From Scenedesmus sp. PABB004 (taxonomy: Eukaryota): a DNA stretch of 64,000 bases. Where the stretch lies: NCBI GenBank assembly GCA_014905635.1, contig JABVCE010000007.1:868001-932000 (forward strand), given 5' to 3'. Under the pieces are notes generated by a model. The model saw only the letters and a list, made by a program, of their open reading frames with translations, did not search any database and had not been told where the DNA came from. Shown one piece after another: positions 47,054-59,350 of the stretch; position 1 is the stretch's first letter, and each line of letters starts with the position of its first letter. A program made the position numbers and the translations under genes.

Positions 47054-49847
47054 ATGGAGCCGGCGGCGGGCGCGGGCGCGCCGGCGGTGCCGGGGCTGGC
47101 GCTGGCGAGCCTGGTGCTGCTGGCCATCACGCTGCTGATTCTGTACCTGAAGCCCAAGAGCAGCCTCCCGCCCAAGCTGGAGCCCCGCCGCCGCGCCTCC
47201 ACGGCCGCCGACGAGGACCCCTCCCGCAAGCGCGTGCGCATCCTGTACGGCACGCAGACGGGCACGGCGGAGCGCTTCAGCAAGCAGCTGGGGAACGAGC
47301 TGCGCCGCAAGTACGCGGACGCGAGCGTGGAGGTGGTGGACATCGAGAACTACCGCGCCGAGGCGCGCCTGCCCAAGGAGCACCTCGTCATCTTCCTCAT
47401 GGCCACGTACGGCGACGGCGAGCCGACCGACAACGCCGCCGACTTCTACTCCTGGATCTGCACGGAGGTCGAGGACGTCGAGAACGGCGCCAAGGACACG
47501 TACCTCGAGGTGCGCGCGCGCGCTTGCGCGCTTTGCTGGCGGCGCGACGGTGGCGGCGGCGGGCCGCGGCGGGCGCTGCGTGCTGCGTGCTGCGCGCGGC
47601 GCGCGGCGGCGCGCGCACGGGCGGGCGGGCAGCGCGCATGGGCGGCGGCGCGCCCCGACGCCGCCCCGCGCCCGCTGCCGCGCCCGCCGCGCAGGGCGTG
47701 CGCTTTGGCGTGTTTGGGCTGGGCAACAAGCAGTACGAGCACTTCAACGCGGTCGGGAAGCGCATGTTCAAAAACATGGAGGCGCTCGGCGCGACGCCGC
47801 TCTGCCGCCGCGGCGACGGCGACGACGACGACAGCATCGACGACGACTTTGAGAAGTGGTGCACCGGTGCGCGCCCGCGCGCCCGCGCACCCGGCAGGCC
47901 GCAGCGCTGCCGCGGCGCTGTCGGCGCCGGCCGACCCGCCCGCCGGTCCCGCCGCCGCGCCAGACCTGTTTGCCGCGCTCGAGGCGGAGCCGGAGCTGCT
48001 CGGCGCAGCCGCGGGCGAGGGCGAGGGCGGCAGCACGGTCGCGACGTACCGCGTCGAGCTGAAGGCGCCGGGTGCGGCGGCGCGGGCGCGCCGGGCTGGG
48101 GCGCGGCAGCAGGCGGCAGCAGGCGGCGGCAGCTGCAGGCGGCGTCAGCAGCAGCCGCAGCGCCCCGCTCAGCGCTCCGCCGCGCCGCGCCGCAGGCACC
48201 AAGGCGGCGTCGCCGTTCCACGACGGCAGCGGGCACAGCGCGCACGACCCCTACTGGGCGACGGTCACGGAGGTCCGCGAGCTGCACACGCCCGCGAGCG
48301 AGCGCTCGTGCGTGCACGTGGAGCTCGACATCAGCGGCAACAAGTGAGGCCCGCGGCCTGCCGCCGGCCGCGGCCGCCGCTGCTGCGACGCCTGCTGCCT
48401 CTGCTGCTGCGTCGCCTGCTGCCGCTGCCGCTGCCGCTGCCGCCGTGGCTGACGCGCCGCTGCCGCCGCCGCCGCCGCCGGCAGGCAGCTCAAGTATGAG
48501 ACGGGGGACCACGTGGGCATGTACGCGCGCAACGGCGACGCCGTCGTCGCGCAGGCGGCGGCCCTGCTGGGGCTGCCGCTCGACACGACCTTCACGCTGC
48601 ACACCGACGGCGAGGGCGCGAGGTGCGCGCCGCGCCGCGTGCGGCCGCCGCGCCGCGTGCAGCGCCACGTGCAGCCAGGGGCGCCGCCTGCGCTCGCGCC
48701 CACGCTGCCGCCGCCGTGCGCCGCGCGCCGCCGCGCGCAGCGGCGACCTCGACCCGCCGTTCCCCGGGCCCATCGCACTCTCCACGGCGCTGGCCTACTT
48801 TGCGGACCTGCTCTCGAGCCCGCGCAAGGACTCGCTGCTCGCGCTCGCGAGCTGCGCGGCCGACGCGGCGCAGGCGGCGCGGCTGAGCCACCTCGCGAGC
48901 GCGGGCGGCAAGGCCGACTACAACGAGTACATCGCCAAGCAGCACCGCAGCCTGCTCGAGGTGCGCGCTGCCGGGGGCGGGCCGCGCCGCCGCGCTGCCG
49001 CGTCCGGCCCGCGCCGCGCCGCGGGGGCTGGCCTCTGCCGCGCGGCTCGCCCGCCGCCCAGCTCACGCCGCGCCCGCCGCGCCGCGCCGCGCCGCGCCGC
49101 TGCCGGCACCCGCAGGTCATGTCTGACTTTCCCAGCGCCGTGCCGAGCCTGGGCCTGTTCTTCGGCAGCGTCGCGCCGCGCCTCGCGCCGCGCTTCTACA
49201 GCATCTCCAGCGGCGCGGCGGCGCACCCGCGCGCGCTGCACGTCACGTGCGCCGTCGTGCGCGACGTGATGCCGACCGGGCGCGTGCACGACGGCGTCGC
49301 GAGCAGCTACCTGCAGGGCGCGGCCGCGGGGGAGCGCGTGCCCGTGTTTGTGCGGCGCAGCACGTTCAAGCTGCCCGAGGACGGCCGCGCGCCGATCGTG
49401 ATGATCGGCCCGGGCACCGGCCTCGCGCCGTTCCGCGGCTTCCTGCAGGACCGCGCCGCGCTCGTCGCCGACATGGCGGAGCTCGGCCCCGCGGTGCTGT
49501 TCTTTGGCTGCCGCAGCCGCGCGCACGACTACATCTACGAGGCCGAGCTCGCCGCCGCGGTCGAGGGCGGCGCGCTGAGCGCGCTGCACGTCGCGTTCAG
49601 CCGCGCGGGGCCGCAGAAGGACTACGTGCAGCACCACCTCGCAGCCGCGGGCGCCGAGGTCTGGGGCCTCCTGCAGCAGCCGGGTGCGTCGGTCTACGTC
49701 TGCGGCGACGCGAGCGCGATGGCCAAGGACGTGCACCGCGCGCTCATCGCCGTCGCGCAGCGCCACGGCGGCCTGACCACGAGCCAGGCGGAGGCGTGGG
49801 TCAAGCGCCTCGGCGACAGCGGGCGCTACCACAAGGACGTGTGGTGA
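47054..49847 (+). CDS. CPR: NADPH--cytochrome P450 reductase
   Basis: N-terminal TM; ILYGTQTGTAE, ATYGDGEPTDNA, FGLGNKQYEHFN, RFYSISS, MIGPGTGLAPFRGF, YVCGDA, RYHKDVW*. Confidence 0.96.
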
Positions 49848-50032
49848 CGCGCGGCGATGCGGCGGCGGCGCGGCAGCGGCGGCGCGGGGCAGCGGGGCGC
49901 AGCGGAGCGGGCGGGGCGCGGGCGCCGTGCGGCCGACTGCAAAAGGTCGGCCGGGGCGCCGCCGCCCTGATCCATTGCTTTGACTGACATACACACACAC
50001 GCACGGAGGTAGCTAGCTGGCACGTGTTGGGC

Positions 50033-50066
<34 letters not shown>

Positions 50067-50082
50067 TGTGGGCGCAGCTCCG

Positions 50083-50087
50083 TGTAA
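50083..50087 (+). terminator. TGTAA chlorophyte polyadenylation signal for CPR (others at 3973, 17259, 57323)
   Basis: TGTAA lies 230-600 nt downstream of plus-strand stop codons. Confidence 0.6.
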
Positions 50088-50215
50088 ATCGCTGCCCACG
50101 GGTCAGGTCGGCCACGCGCGTTACCCGCGCGCGCCCGACCGCGCCAACGCCAACGCGCGCGCCCGCCGCGGCTGCTGCTGCAGCCGCCGCGCCCGCCGCC
50201 CCGGCCCGCGCGCGC

Positions 50216-50981
50216 TCAGTAGCCGGCCTCGTACTCCGGCTTGGGCGCCGCGCCCACAAACGGCTTGGCCAGGAAGTCGGTGAACTCCTGCGCGGCGCAG
50301 CGGCGGCGGCAGAGGGGGGCAGCGAGGGGTCAAGAGGGCAGCGGGCCGGGCGCGCGGGCGCCGCTGCCGCCCGGGACGCCGCAGCCAGCTGCCGCTGCAG
50401 CCAGCCGCCGCAGAGCTGTGCGCGGGGCGCGCCTGCAGCGGGCTCTTGATGTACTTCGTCTCGGCCCAGAGGTCGGGCGAGAGGAAGCCGTAGGTGTGCG
50501 ACAGCGCGATGAACGTGGCCTTGACAAAGTTGCCGAGCGTCTTGCGGCTGCCGCGCGACGCGGTGTAGCAGTCCTCGATACCCGCCATCTGCAGCACCTT
50601 CTTGGGCGTGCGCGCCGCGACGATGCCCGCGCCGCGCGGCGCGGGGATGAGCCGGATCGTGACCGACCCGCACTTGCCGGTGACCTTGGTCGGCACGGTG
50701 TGCACCTGCGGGCGCGCGCGCGGCGAGGCACGGGCGCGTGGGTCCGTGCGCCGCCAGGCCCGGCCGCCGCCGCCGCTGCGGTGCGGCGCGGCTGCCGGCG
50801 GCGCGGCGCGGCGCGGCGCGGCGCGCGGTGCGCGGCCAGGGACCCCCCACGCACCTTGCCGATCTTGTTGCCCCAGTAGCCGCGGCGCACGGGGATGACG
50901 CTCATCTTGGCCAGGATGATGGCGCCGCGAATGGCGGTGGCCACCTGGCGGCGCGCGGGCGGGCGCGGCCGCGGCGGCGTG

Positions 50982-51015
<34 letters not shown>

Positions 51016-52064
51016 CGGCTGCGGGGCGCGGCGCGGGCGCGGGGCGCTGCGCGCGCGGCGCGGGCGCGCACCTCCTTGGCGCACTTGACGCCGAGGCCGA
51101 CGTGGCCGTTGGAGTCGCCCACGACCACGAACGCCTGTCGGCGGCGGCAGCGGCAGCGGCAGCGGCAGCGGCAGCGGGGCGGGGCGGCGCGTGAGCCCCG
51201 CGCGCGCGGCTGCCGGCCGGCCGCAGCTGCCGCCGCGCTCGCGCGCGCCAGCTGCCGCCCTCGTCGCCGCTGCCGCCGTGGCGCCTGCCGCCGCTGCGTC
51301 GCCGCTGTTGCAACATCTAGGGCGGCCGCTGCCGCCGCCGCCGCGGCCGCGCCCTCGCTGCCGCCCGGCCCCGCCCGCCGCGCTGCTGCCGCTGCTGCTG
51401 CCGCCGCCGCTGCTGCCGCTGCTTCCCCTGCCGCCGTCGCCGCCGCCCGCGCCGCGCCCGCGCCCGCGCCCGCGCGGCAGCGCGGCAGCGCGCCTTGAAG
51501 CGCGTGCGCTGGCCGGCGCGCGTCTGCTTCTGCACGGGCATGATCTTCATGACCTCGTCCTTCAGCGCGCTGCCGAGGAAGTACTCGACGATCTGGTACT
51601 CCTTCACGGGCATGGAGAAGAGGTAAATCTGCTCCAGCGACTTGATCTTGCCCTGCGGCGGCGGCGCGCCGTGGTGGCGAGCAGCGGGCGCGTCGGCGGC
51701 GGCAGCGCGGCGCGCCGCCGCGCGCGCGTGCGGCGCCGCCGCGCGGCCATTCCCCTCTGCGCGCGGCCACGCTGCCGACGCCGGCGCGCGCGGGGCGGCC
51801 CGGCCGCGCGCAGCCGCCGTGGGGGCGGGCGCGGGGGGTGATGGGCTGCTGCCGGGCCATGCGGGCCCGCGCCGCGCCGATCCGGCGCACCTGCTGCACC
51901 AGGCGGCCGAGCTTGGTGCAGGGGACCCACTTCTCCTCCTCGTCCTTGCGCCCGCGCCTGCCGCCGCGGCCGCGCCCCCTGTCGCCGCGCCCGCGGCCGC
52001 GGTCGCCGCGGCCGCCCCTGTCACCAAAGCCGCGGCCGAAGCCGCCGCGCCCGGAGTCGGCCAT
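50216..52064 (-). CDS. RPS2: 40S ribosomal protein S2 (uS5); 6 exons
   Basis: RGG-rich N-terminus, [56 protein letters not shown]. Confidence 0.97.
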
Positions 52065-52664
52065 GGCGCCTGCGGGCGGCCCGGGTGAGCGCCGAGTGCT
52101 GATGGCTGGGATGGCGGCCACCGCCCCCAGCACCGCGCGCGCGCACCTGCTTGTGCCTTGCGCGCTCGCCAGCACCGCCAGCAGCAAGCTCGGGTGGGAA
52201 AGGGCCGAGCGCGGCCGCAGGCGCCGCAGTGCACCCCCGATGCCGGCCGCGGTTCAGCGGAGTGCGGCACGCGCGGGGCCCTCGTTAGGCGGGGCGACGG
52301 CGCCCAGGCGCTCAGAGTGCGGACGCCGCACCACCGCCGCCGCGGCGCCGCCCGCCCTGCTGCTGCGCCCGCAGCAGCGGCCGCCGCCGCTGCTGCGCGC
52401 CGCGTCGCCGCGCCGCCGCGACCGCTGGGCCCTGGAGCGAGCGCGCCCCTATGCCGCGCCTCTTGCTCCAGGGCCCAACGTTCGCGGTGGCTCAGCCGAC
52501 GCCGGCGGGGCGCGCGGCGCGCAGCCGCTGCAGCAGCGTGCGCCCCCCGCCGAGCGCTCGCGGCAGCGAGCTGCTGGGCCGCCGCGCCCGCGCTGTCGCT
52601 CAGGGCGTGCCACGCCGCCGGAGCGGCGGGGCTCGCCGCCCTTGCCCGCCCGCCCTTGCCCGCC

Positions 52665-53382
52665 CGCCCTTGCCCGCCGCCCGCGGCGCGGGGCCGAGAA
52701 GCGGCTCGGCGGCCTCCATCGCGCCGCCCCGCCCGGTGGGATGCGGGCCGGGCGCGGGGGCGCGCGCGGCGCCGCAGGTACCCGGCCCGGGGCCCGGTCG
52801 GGCGCCCGGCGGCGCGGTGCGGTGCCTGGCGCGGTGCGGGCGCGCGCGGCGTGCCGCGCCCGGCGCGCAGGCGGGGCTGAATGTGCGGGGGCTCGCGGTC
52901 GATTGCTGTGCGCGTGCGCAGCGGCTGAGCGCGGAACTGGGGAGCGGGGGGGCGCCGGTGTGTGGGGGCGGTGCATGCGGCGCGGGGGGTGGACGCGCAG
53001 ATGACCACGCCGTTCCACGAACTGTTAGTCACGCCTTGCGCCGTGCGGCGCCCCCGCGCCGCCGCGCTGCCGGGGCGGCCGGCGCGGCCGGGAACGGCGC
53101 GCGGGCGCGGCGCACCGCGCGCGCCGGCGCCGCCTGCGCCCCCGGCTGGGCGGCGCAACTGCAAGGCCTGGGCCTGCAAGGCTCCACGCCCGCGCCGCGC
53201 CGCCCCGGCTGGCCGCGCCGACCGGGAACGGGGGCGCGCGCCGCCGGGCCGGGCTGGGCCGCACCGCGCGCCGCCGCCGCTACTGCCCCGCCTCGCCCTC
53301 GCCCAGCACCGCGCGCTCCAGCCGCTCCCGCTTGCGCGCCAGGCAGCCTGCGGCGGCCGGGCGGGCGGCGGGCGAGCGGCGG
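52665..53382 (-). repeat. Left arm of a long inverted repeat (copy of 54687-55437)
   Basis: Reverse complement matches the right arm apart from scattered substitutions and a ~30-nt indel. Confidence 0.92.
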
Positions 53383-53533
53383 TCGTTTGTCGCTGTGGAC
53401 GCCTGCTTGGCTGCCTTACCCTCTCTGGGGCATTTCGTTCATCGAAACGCATCGCCCAGCGTCGAGGCAGCCCCCAAAAGGCGCCCAAATCCCCGGAATC
53501 GGCGCCGGTCAACGCCGAGCTCGCGAGCTCACG

Positions 53534-54789
53534 ATGGCCGAAATCAAGCTCTGCGTGGTCGGCCCCGCGGGCGTGGGCAAGAGCGCGCTCTGCCGGGCGC
53601 TCGCGGAGCAGCCGCAGCTCACGCACGCGCCGCCCGGAGCAGCAGCAGCGCCGGCCGTGCGGTGCGGCGGCTGGGCGCGCCGCTCGCGCACGCACCACGC
53701 GCCGCGCAGCACGCCGCCGCCATGCTGCCGCCGCCCTCTGCCCTGCGTGGCCACAGGGTGCAGGAGCTTCGGCGCGATGTGGGCGGCCAGGCGGCGCTGG
53801 TGCAGCTGTGGGACGTTGCTGGCGCGCACTGCTCGCAGGCCTTCTGGGAGGTGCTGGCGACCGTGAGCGCGCTGCGCGGGCGGAGGAGGGGGGGGGAGGG
53901 GACGCTGCAGCTGCCGCGCGCCCTGCGCTGGGCGGCAGCCGCGCGCCCTGCGCTGTGTGCCGCGCGCGCGCGCCCAGCAGCTGCTGGGCTGTGCAGCTCG
54001 CAGCGGCGCGGTGAGAGCGCGAGCCCCCGCCGCCGCTGCGCCGGCGCCGGGGGTGCAGGGCGCCGACGGCGTGCTGCTGGTCACCGACCCCAGCCAGCCG
54101 GAGCAGGAGCGCGAGCTCGAGCAGGTCCGGGGCCGCCGGCGGGCCGCGCGTCGCGCCAGCTGCTGGCCCTCACGCCCGTCCGCTGTCGCAGCTCTACCTC
54201 AGCTTTGCGCAGCGGAACGCCCTCCCAATGAAGTGCGTGCTGGTGCTGGCGCTGGAGCTGGGGAGTAGCGCGCGGGGTGCTGACTGGGCGGGTGAGGGGC
54301 GGCAGCGGGCGCGCTTCCTTGCGCGCGGGCGGCGCATCGGAAGCTCGGGGAGCTGCCAGGACCGCGCTCGCGCCGTCGCGCGCCGCAGGGCTCAGCGGCA
54401 AGCTCCGGCAGCTGCCGGCTGCGCAGGCCTCGCTGGACCCCGGCGCGCCAGGCGCAGCACGGCAGGTGCGCCAGCGCCGGGCGCTGCTCGGCCTGCGCTC
54501 GAGCGCGCGGCCAGGAGCGGCTGCTGACCGCCGGCGCGCGCCCGGTGCAGGTGGTGGCTGCCGCGCTGGACAAGCTGCTGGCAGGTGCGGCCTGACGGCC
54601 TGGCGGCCACTCCAGCGCGTCGCGGCGCCCGAGCGCGAGTGCCAGCGGGAAAGCGTTCCGGGCCGCGACGCACCGCCGCCGCTCCCCCGCCGCTCGCCCG
54701 CCGCCCGCCCGGCCGCCGCAGGCTGCCTGGTGCGCAAGCGGGAGCGGCTGGAGCGCGCGGTGCTGGGCGAGGGCGAGGCGGGGCAGTAG
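53534..54789 (+). CDS. IFT22: Intraflagellar transport protein IFT22/RABL5 (small GTPase-like); 6 exons
   Basis: [76 protein letters not shown]; the layout matches chlorophyte IFT22 and lacks a canonical G4. Confidence 0.88.
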
Positions 54790-55437
54790 CGGCGGCGGCG
54801 CGCGGTGCGGCCCAGCCCGGCCCGGCGGCGCGCGCCCGCCTCGCGGCGCGCGCTGCCGCGCGCCCCCGTTCCCGGTCGCCGCGGCCAGCCGGGGCGGCGC
54901 GGCGCGGGCGTGGAGCCTTGCAGGCCCAGGCCTTGCAGTTGCGCCGCCCAGCCGGGGGCGCAGGCGGCGCCGGCGCGCGCGGTGCGCCGCGCCCGCGCGC
55001 CGTTCCCGGCGCCGCGCCGGCCACCCCCGGCAGCGCGGCGGCGCGGGGGCGCCGCACGGCGCAAGGCGTGACTAACAGTTCGTGGAACGGCGTGGTCATC
55101 TGCGCGTCCACCCCCCGCGCCGCATGCACCGCCCCCCACACACCGGCGCCCCCCCGCTCCCCAGTTCCGCGCTCAGCCGCTGCGCACGCGCACAGCAATC
55201 GACCGCGAGCCCCCGCACGTTCAGCCCTGCCTGCGCGCCGGGCGCGGCACGCCGCGCGCGCCCGCACCGCGCCAGGCACCGCACCGCGCCGCCGGGCGCC
55301 CGACCGGGCCCCCGGGCCGGGTACCTGCGGCGCCCCGCGCGCCCCCGCGCCCGGCCCGCATCCCACCGGGCGGGGCGGCGCGATGGAGGCCGCCGAGCCG
55401 CTTCTCGGCCCCGCGCCGCGGGCGGCGGGCAAGGGCG
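54687..55437 (+). repeat. Right arm of the inverted repeat (IFT22 last exon + intergenic region + cystinosin start)
   Basis: See left arm. Confidence 0.92.
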
Positions 55438-56727
55438 ACCCGCCCAGCCCCTGGCGCGCCGTCGCGCGGCGCGGAGGCGCGGCGGCGGGCATCATCGCCG
55501 GCGCGGCGCTGCTCGCGTGGCGCCTGCCGACGAACAAGGGCCTCCCTTGCCCCTGGTGCCAGGTCTCCTCCGCCATCGGCTGGCTCTACTTCCTCTGCTG
55601 GTCGGTCTCCTTCCACCCCCAGGTGTGGACCAACTACCGGCGCCGCAGCGTCGAGGGCCTCTCGCTCGACTTCATCGCCATGAACGTCGTCGGCTTCCTC
55701 TGCTACTCGCTCTTCAACCTGGGCCTCGTCCTCAGCCCCACGGTGCAGGCAGAGTACCGCGAGCGCTTCGGCGAAACCATCCCGGTCGAGCTCAACGACG
55801 TGCGCGCGCGCCGCCGACCCGCGCGCGCGCCGCCGCCGACCCGCGCGCGCGCCACCGCCGCCCGTGCTTGCCGCCGCCGCGCGCACCCACCGCCGACGCC
55901 GCCCGCCGGCGCTGTCGCTGCGCGCCCGCGCAGGTCGTGTTTGGCCTGCACGCGCTGCTCATGTCGCTCGTCATGGCGTGGCAGTGCGCCTTCTACAAGC
56001 GCGGCCCGGCGCAGCGCGTGTCAGCGCCGACCGCGCTCGCGCTCGCCGCGTCGGGCGTCGCGGGCGCGGGCTACGCCGCGCGCCTGCTGGTCATGGGCGA
56101 GTCCGGCGACGCGCCGTGGACGTGGCTCGACTTTTGCTACTTCTGCTCCCTCATAAAGATGGCCGTCACGCTCGTCAAGTACATCCCACAGGTGCGCCGC
56201 ACTTCCGACGCGCCCCGCCTCGCGCTCGCCGGCGCCGCGCCCCGCGCCGGCGCTGGCGCCGCGCCCCGGCGCGCCCCCGCGTGCCCCGGCCGCCGCGCGC
56301 TCCACCCGCGCTGACCCGCGCGCGCGCGCGCGCGCCCGCGCAGGTGCACCTCAACCGCACGCGCCGCTCGACCGAGGGCTGGTCGATCGACAACGTGACG
56401 CTCGACCTCGCGGGCGGGCTGCTCTCGACGGGCCAGCTGCTCGTCTCCTGCCGCGTGCTCAACGACTGGTCCGCGGTCGCCGGCAACCCCATCAAGTTTG
56501 GCCTCGGGCTCACGAGCTTTGTCTTTGACGTGGCCTTCATCTTGCAGCACGCCCGCTACGGCAGCCGCGCCGCCGCCGCGCTGCCGCGCCACCACGTGGT
56601 GGCCGCGGCCGCGCACGACGGCGACGCCGACGGCGCTGGCGCGACGGTCACGGTGGTGCTGCTGCCCAAGCCGGGCGACGGGGGCTGGCTCGCGGAGCAC
56701 GAGCACTCGCAGCGGCCTGCGCAGTAG
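55383..56727 (+). CDS. CTNS: Cystinosin (PQ-loop lysosomal/vacuolar cystine transporter); 3 exons
   Basis: IGWLYFLCWSVSFHPQVWTNYRRRSVEGLSLDF, VELNDVVFGLH, LVKYIPQ..LNRTRRSTEGWSI.NV.LDLAGG, NPIKFGLG. Confidence 0.93.
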
Positions 56728-57501
56728 CAGCACTCGCAGCAGCAGCAGCAGCACCGCCAGCAGCAGCGCTGACCGCCCCGTGACGGGGCGGCCGCACTGC
56801 TCCAGGGCGGGCCGCTGCCGCCATTCTTTGCTAGCAACGCACGGCGCCCGCCACCGCTGGGCGCCGGCAGGAGCAGCGCTGCGATTTGCGGCGCGCGGCG
56901 GGGGCGGCCTTGCCCCCGCCCCGCGCACTAGGCTGGCGCGTGCCTTTTCATGCGACCGCACGTGCGCGCACGCACGACCGCCGGGCCAGCGTCCGGACGG
57001 TGGCGGCGACCGCGCCCCGCAGGCCCTTCCGGCCCCCCGGCGCGAGCACTTGCGAGAGCACGACTCTCCCTCAACCGCCGCCGCGCGCGCCGCATGCGCC
57101 GCGCGTGGCCGGCGACGGCGCGGCAGCGCTGCACAAGCACGCCCGCCCGAGAGGGACCAGGTGGAGGACTGGCGAGCGAGCGGCTGGACTGTGTGTCAAA
57201 AACCCGGGCGCTGTGTCCATCTGACGCCGCCCCGGCGCGTGGTGGAGTGAGTGTGTGTGCCATGATCGGTTGCTAGCTTCGAATGCGGCGGCCTGGCTGT
57301 TGTGTCGCCGGCACGGGCCGGCTGTAATTGTCTCTGACCGTTATTCGTGCAGCCGGCGCCGCTGCCCCCGACAGCGACAGCAGCGAGCGGCGCCCGCAGC
57401 CACGGCCGACGACGGCGCATGCGGCTGCGCAGCCAGCCGCGGCCGCGCGTCTCTCAGCGCCGCCGCCCGCGCATGCGCGCGTCGTGTCGCCGGCCCGCTA
57501 G

Positions 57502-58815
57502 CTAAAGCTCGCAGTCCAGGTAGCGCTGCAGCAGCTCGTCCGGCAGCAGGTCCTCGACGGTCAGCAGGTCAAACGCCGGGCTGTGCGCGTCCAGGTGTGC
57601 CTGCCGCGCCGCAGACGCGGCGGCGCCGCCTTGGCGCCGCGCGTGGTGGCTGCGCGCTGCGCCGCGCCGCGGCCAGCCCCGCGCCCGCGCGCACCTGCAG
57701 CTCCGGCTCGGGCATGACCGGCTCCTGCAGCGTGGCCCTGAACTCCTGCGGCGGCGGCCGCGGCGGCGGGCCGGGTCGCCGGCCGGGGGCGAGCCCGCGA
57801 GGCCGCCGCGGCGCCGCGCCGCCCCAGCGCCCCAGCGCTCACGCCGTGCGCGTCCACGGCCGCGTCCGGCGGGCCGCGCGCGACCGCGACCCAGTGGCGC
57901 CCCGGGAGCTGCTGCAGGAACACGCGCCAGCGCGGCGCCGGCTGCCCGTCGACCAGCAGCGCGCCGCGCCGCACGGGCGGCTGCGCCGCGCCGCCGCCCG
58001 CGCCGGCGTCGGGCGGCAGCACCGCCTCCACGCGGCTGAGCGGTTCAAACGCCACGCCGTCGCCGCGCGCCTTTATGAAGGCCTGGGCGCCGCGCCGCGC
58101 CGCGCCGCGCCGCGGGCGGGCGGGCGGGGTGGCGGGGTGGGCCCCCCGCGCCGGTGCGTGGCAGCGGGAAGAGGTGCGCGCGGCGCGGCCGCACCTCCTT
58201 GACGCACCACATCTGCTGGAACGCCGCCTCCATGGCTGCCTCGTCGCCCGCCAGCGACTGCAGGCGCGCCCACTGCGCGCGCGCGTGGCGTGCGCGGCGC
58301 GCGGGTGGGTGGGTGCAGCGCCAGGCGCAGCTGCAGCTGCGCCGCGCGCGCGCGCGCACCTCGGCGTCGCTGAGCTGCGCCCGCATGAGCTCGAGCGACG
58401 CGGCCAGCCCGCGGCCGCCGCGGCCGCGCAGCTGCCGCGGCGCGGCGACGTCCACGCCCACCAGGCAGCGCCCCTCGGCCGCCAGGACCACCCAGGCGCC
58501 CTCGTGGGAGACGTTGTAGTTGAAGTTGGGCGCGCCGGCCGGGCGGGGCGCGCCGGGCGGGGGCGGCAGGAACGGCTTCCCGCCGCGCGTGCGGCGCAGC
58601 GGCGCGCCCCACGCCGCCCCGAGCGCGCGCGCGCCGGCGGCGCGCTGGAGCAGCTGGCTCAGCAGGCAGCGCTTGACGTCGGCCGGCTCCACGAACCGGG
58701 CGGCGCGCACCACCTCGTCGGCCGGGAGCGCCGACAGCAGCAGCTCGAGCTGCGCGCTGCTCGGCGCCCACCGGCCAGCGTCCACCGCCCAGCGCAGCGG
58801 TGGACTTGCGGACAT
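57502..58815 (-). CDS. Sfp/AASDHPPT-type 4'-phosphopantetheinyl transferase
   Basis: RTRGGKPF, NFNYNVSHEGAWVVLA, VGVDV, WCVKEAFIKARGDG. Confidence 0.92.
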
Positions 58816-59216
58816 CCACTGGCGGGTCGGCACGGGCAGCTCGCGTTTGCGTACAGCCTCAGCTGGCTCGGCGCCGCGGCGGGCGAGGGCGGCACGCGGC
58901 AGCACGCGGCAGCAGCAGCGGCGGCGCGCTGCCCCGCAGCGCGGCGGCCGCGTCGAGCTGCGAGCGACGCACGCGGCCGCAGTCGGTGCGTCGTCGTCGT
59001 TGCTGCAGCGGCTGCGCCGCACGGCGTGGGACGCGCGGCGACCTAAAACGCGGTCTTGGACCGGCCGCGCCGCGCCGGGCGCGACAGCATCTGCGCGCCA
59101 GCGCATTCGCCACCGCTGGTTTGTCTCTTGCGAAAGCGACCAGCGCCGCGCTCCGCCGCCTCACAGGCGACGAGCCCGCCGGCACTGACTTTTTCCCGCT
59201 CCACGCGCGCCACGCC

Positions 59217-59306
59217 ATGCGACGCGCGGCCATCGCGCTCCTGGCGCTGTCTGCGCTGCTGGCGGGCATGCTAGTGGCGCCAGCCCACGCGGCGACCGCT
59301 CGCACG

Positions 59307-59350
<44 letters not shown>

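Noticed and set aside
52665..55437. Pack-MULE or foldback transposon interpretation of the inverted repeat
   Set aside because: The arms consist of host exon and promoter sequence; no TSD or transposase is evident.
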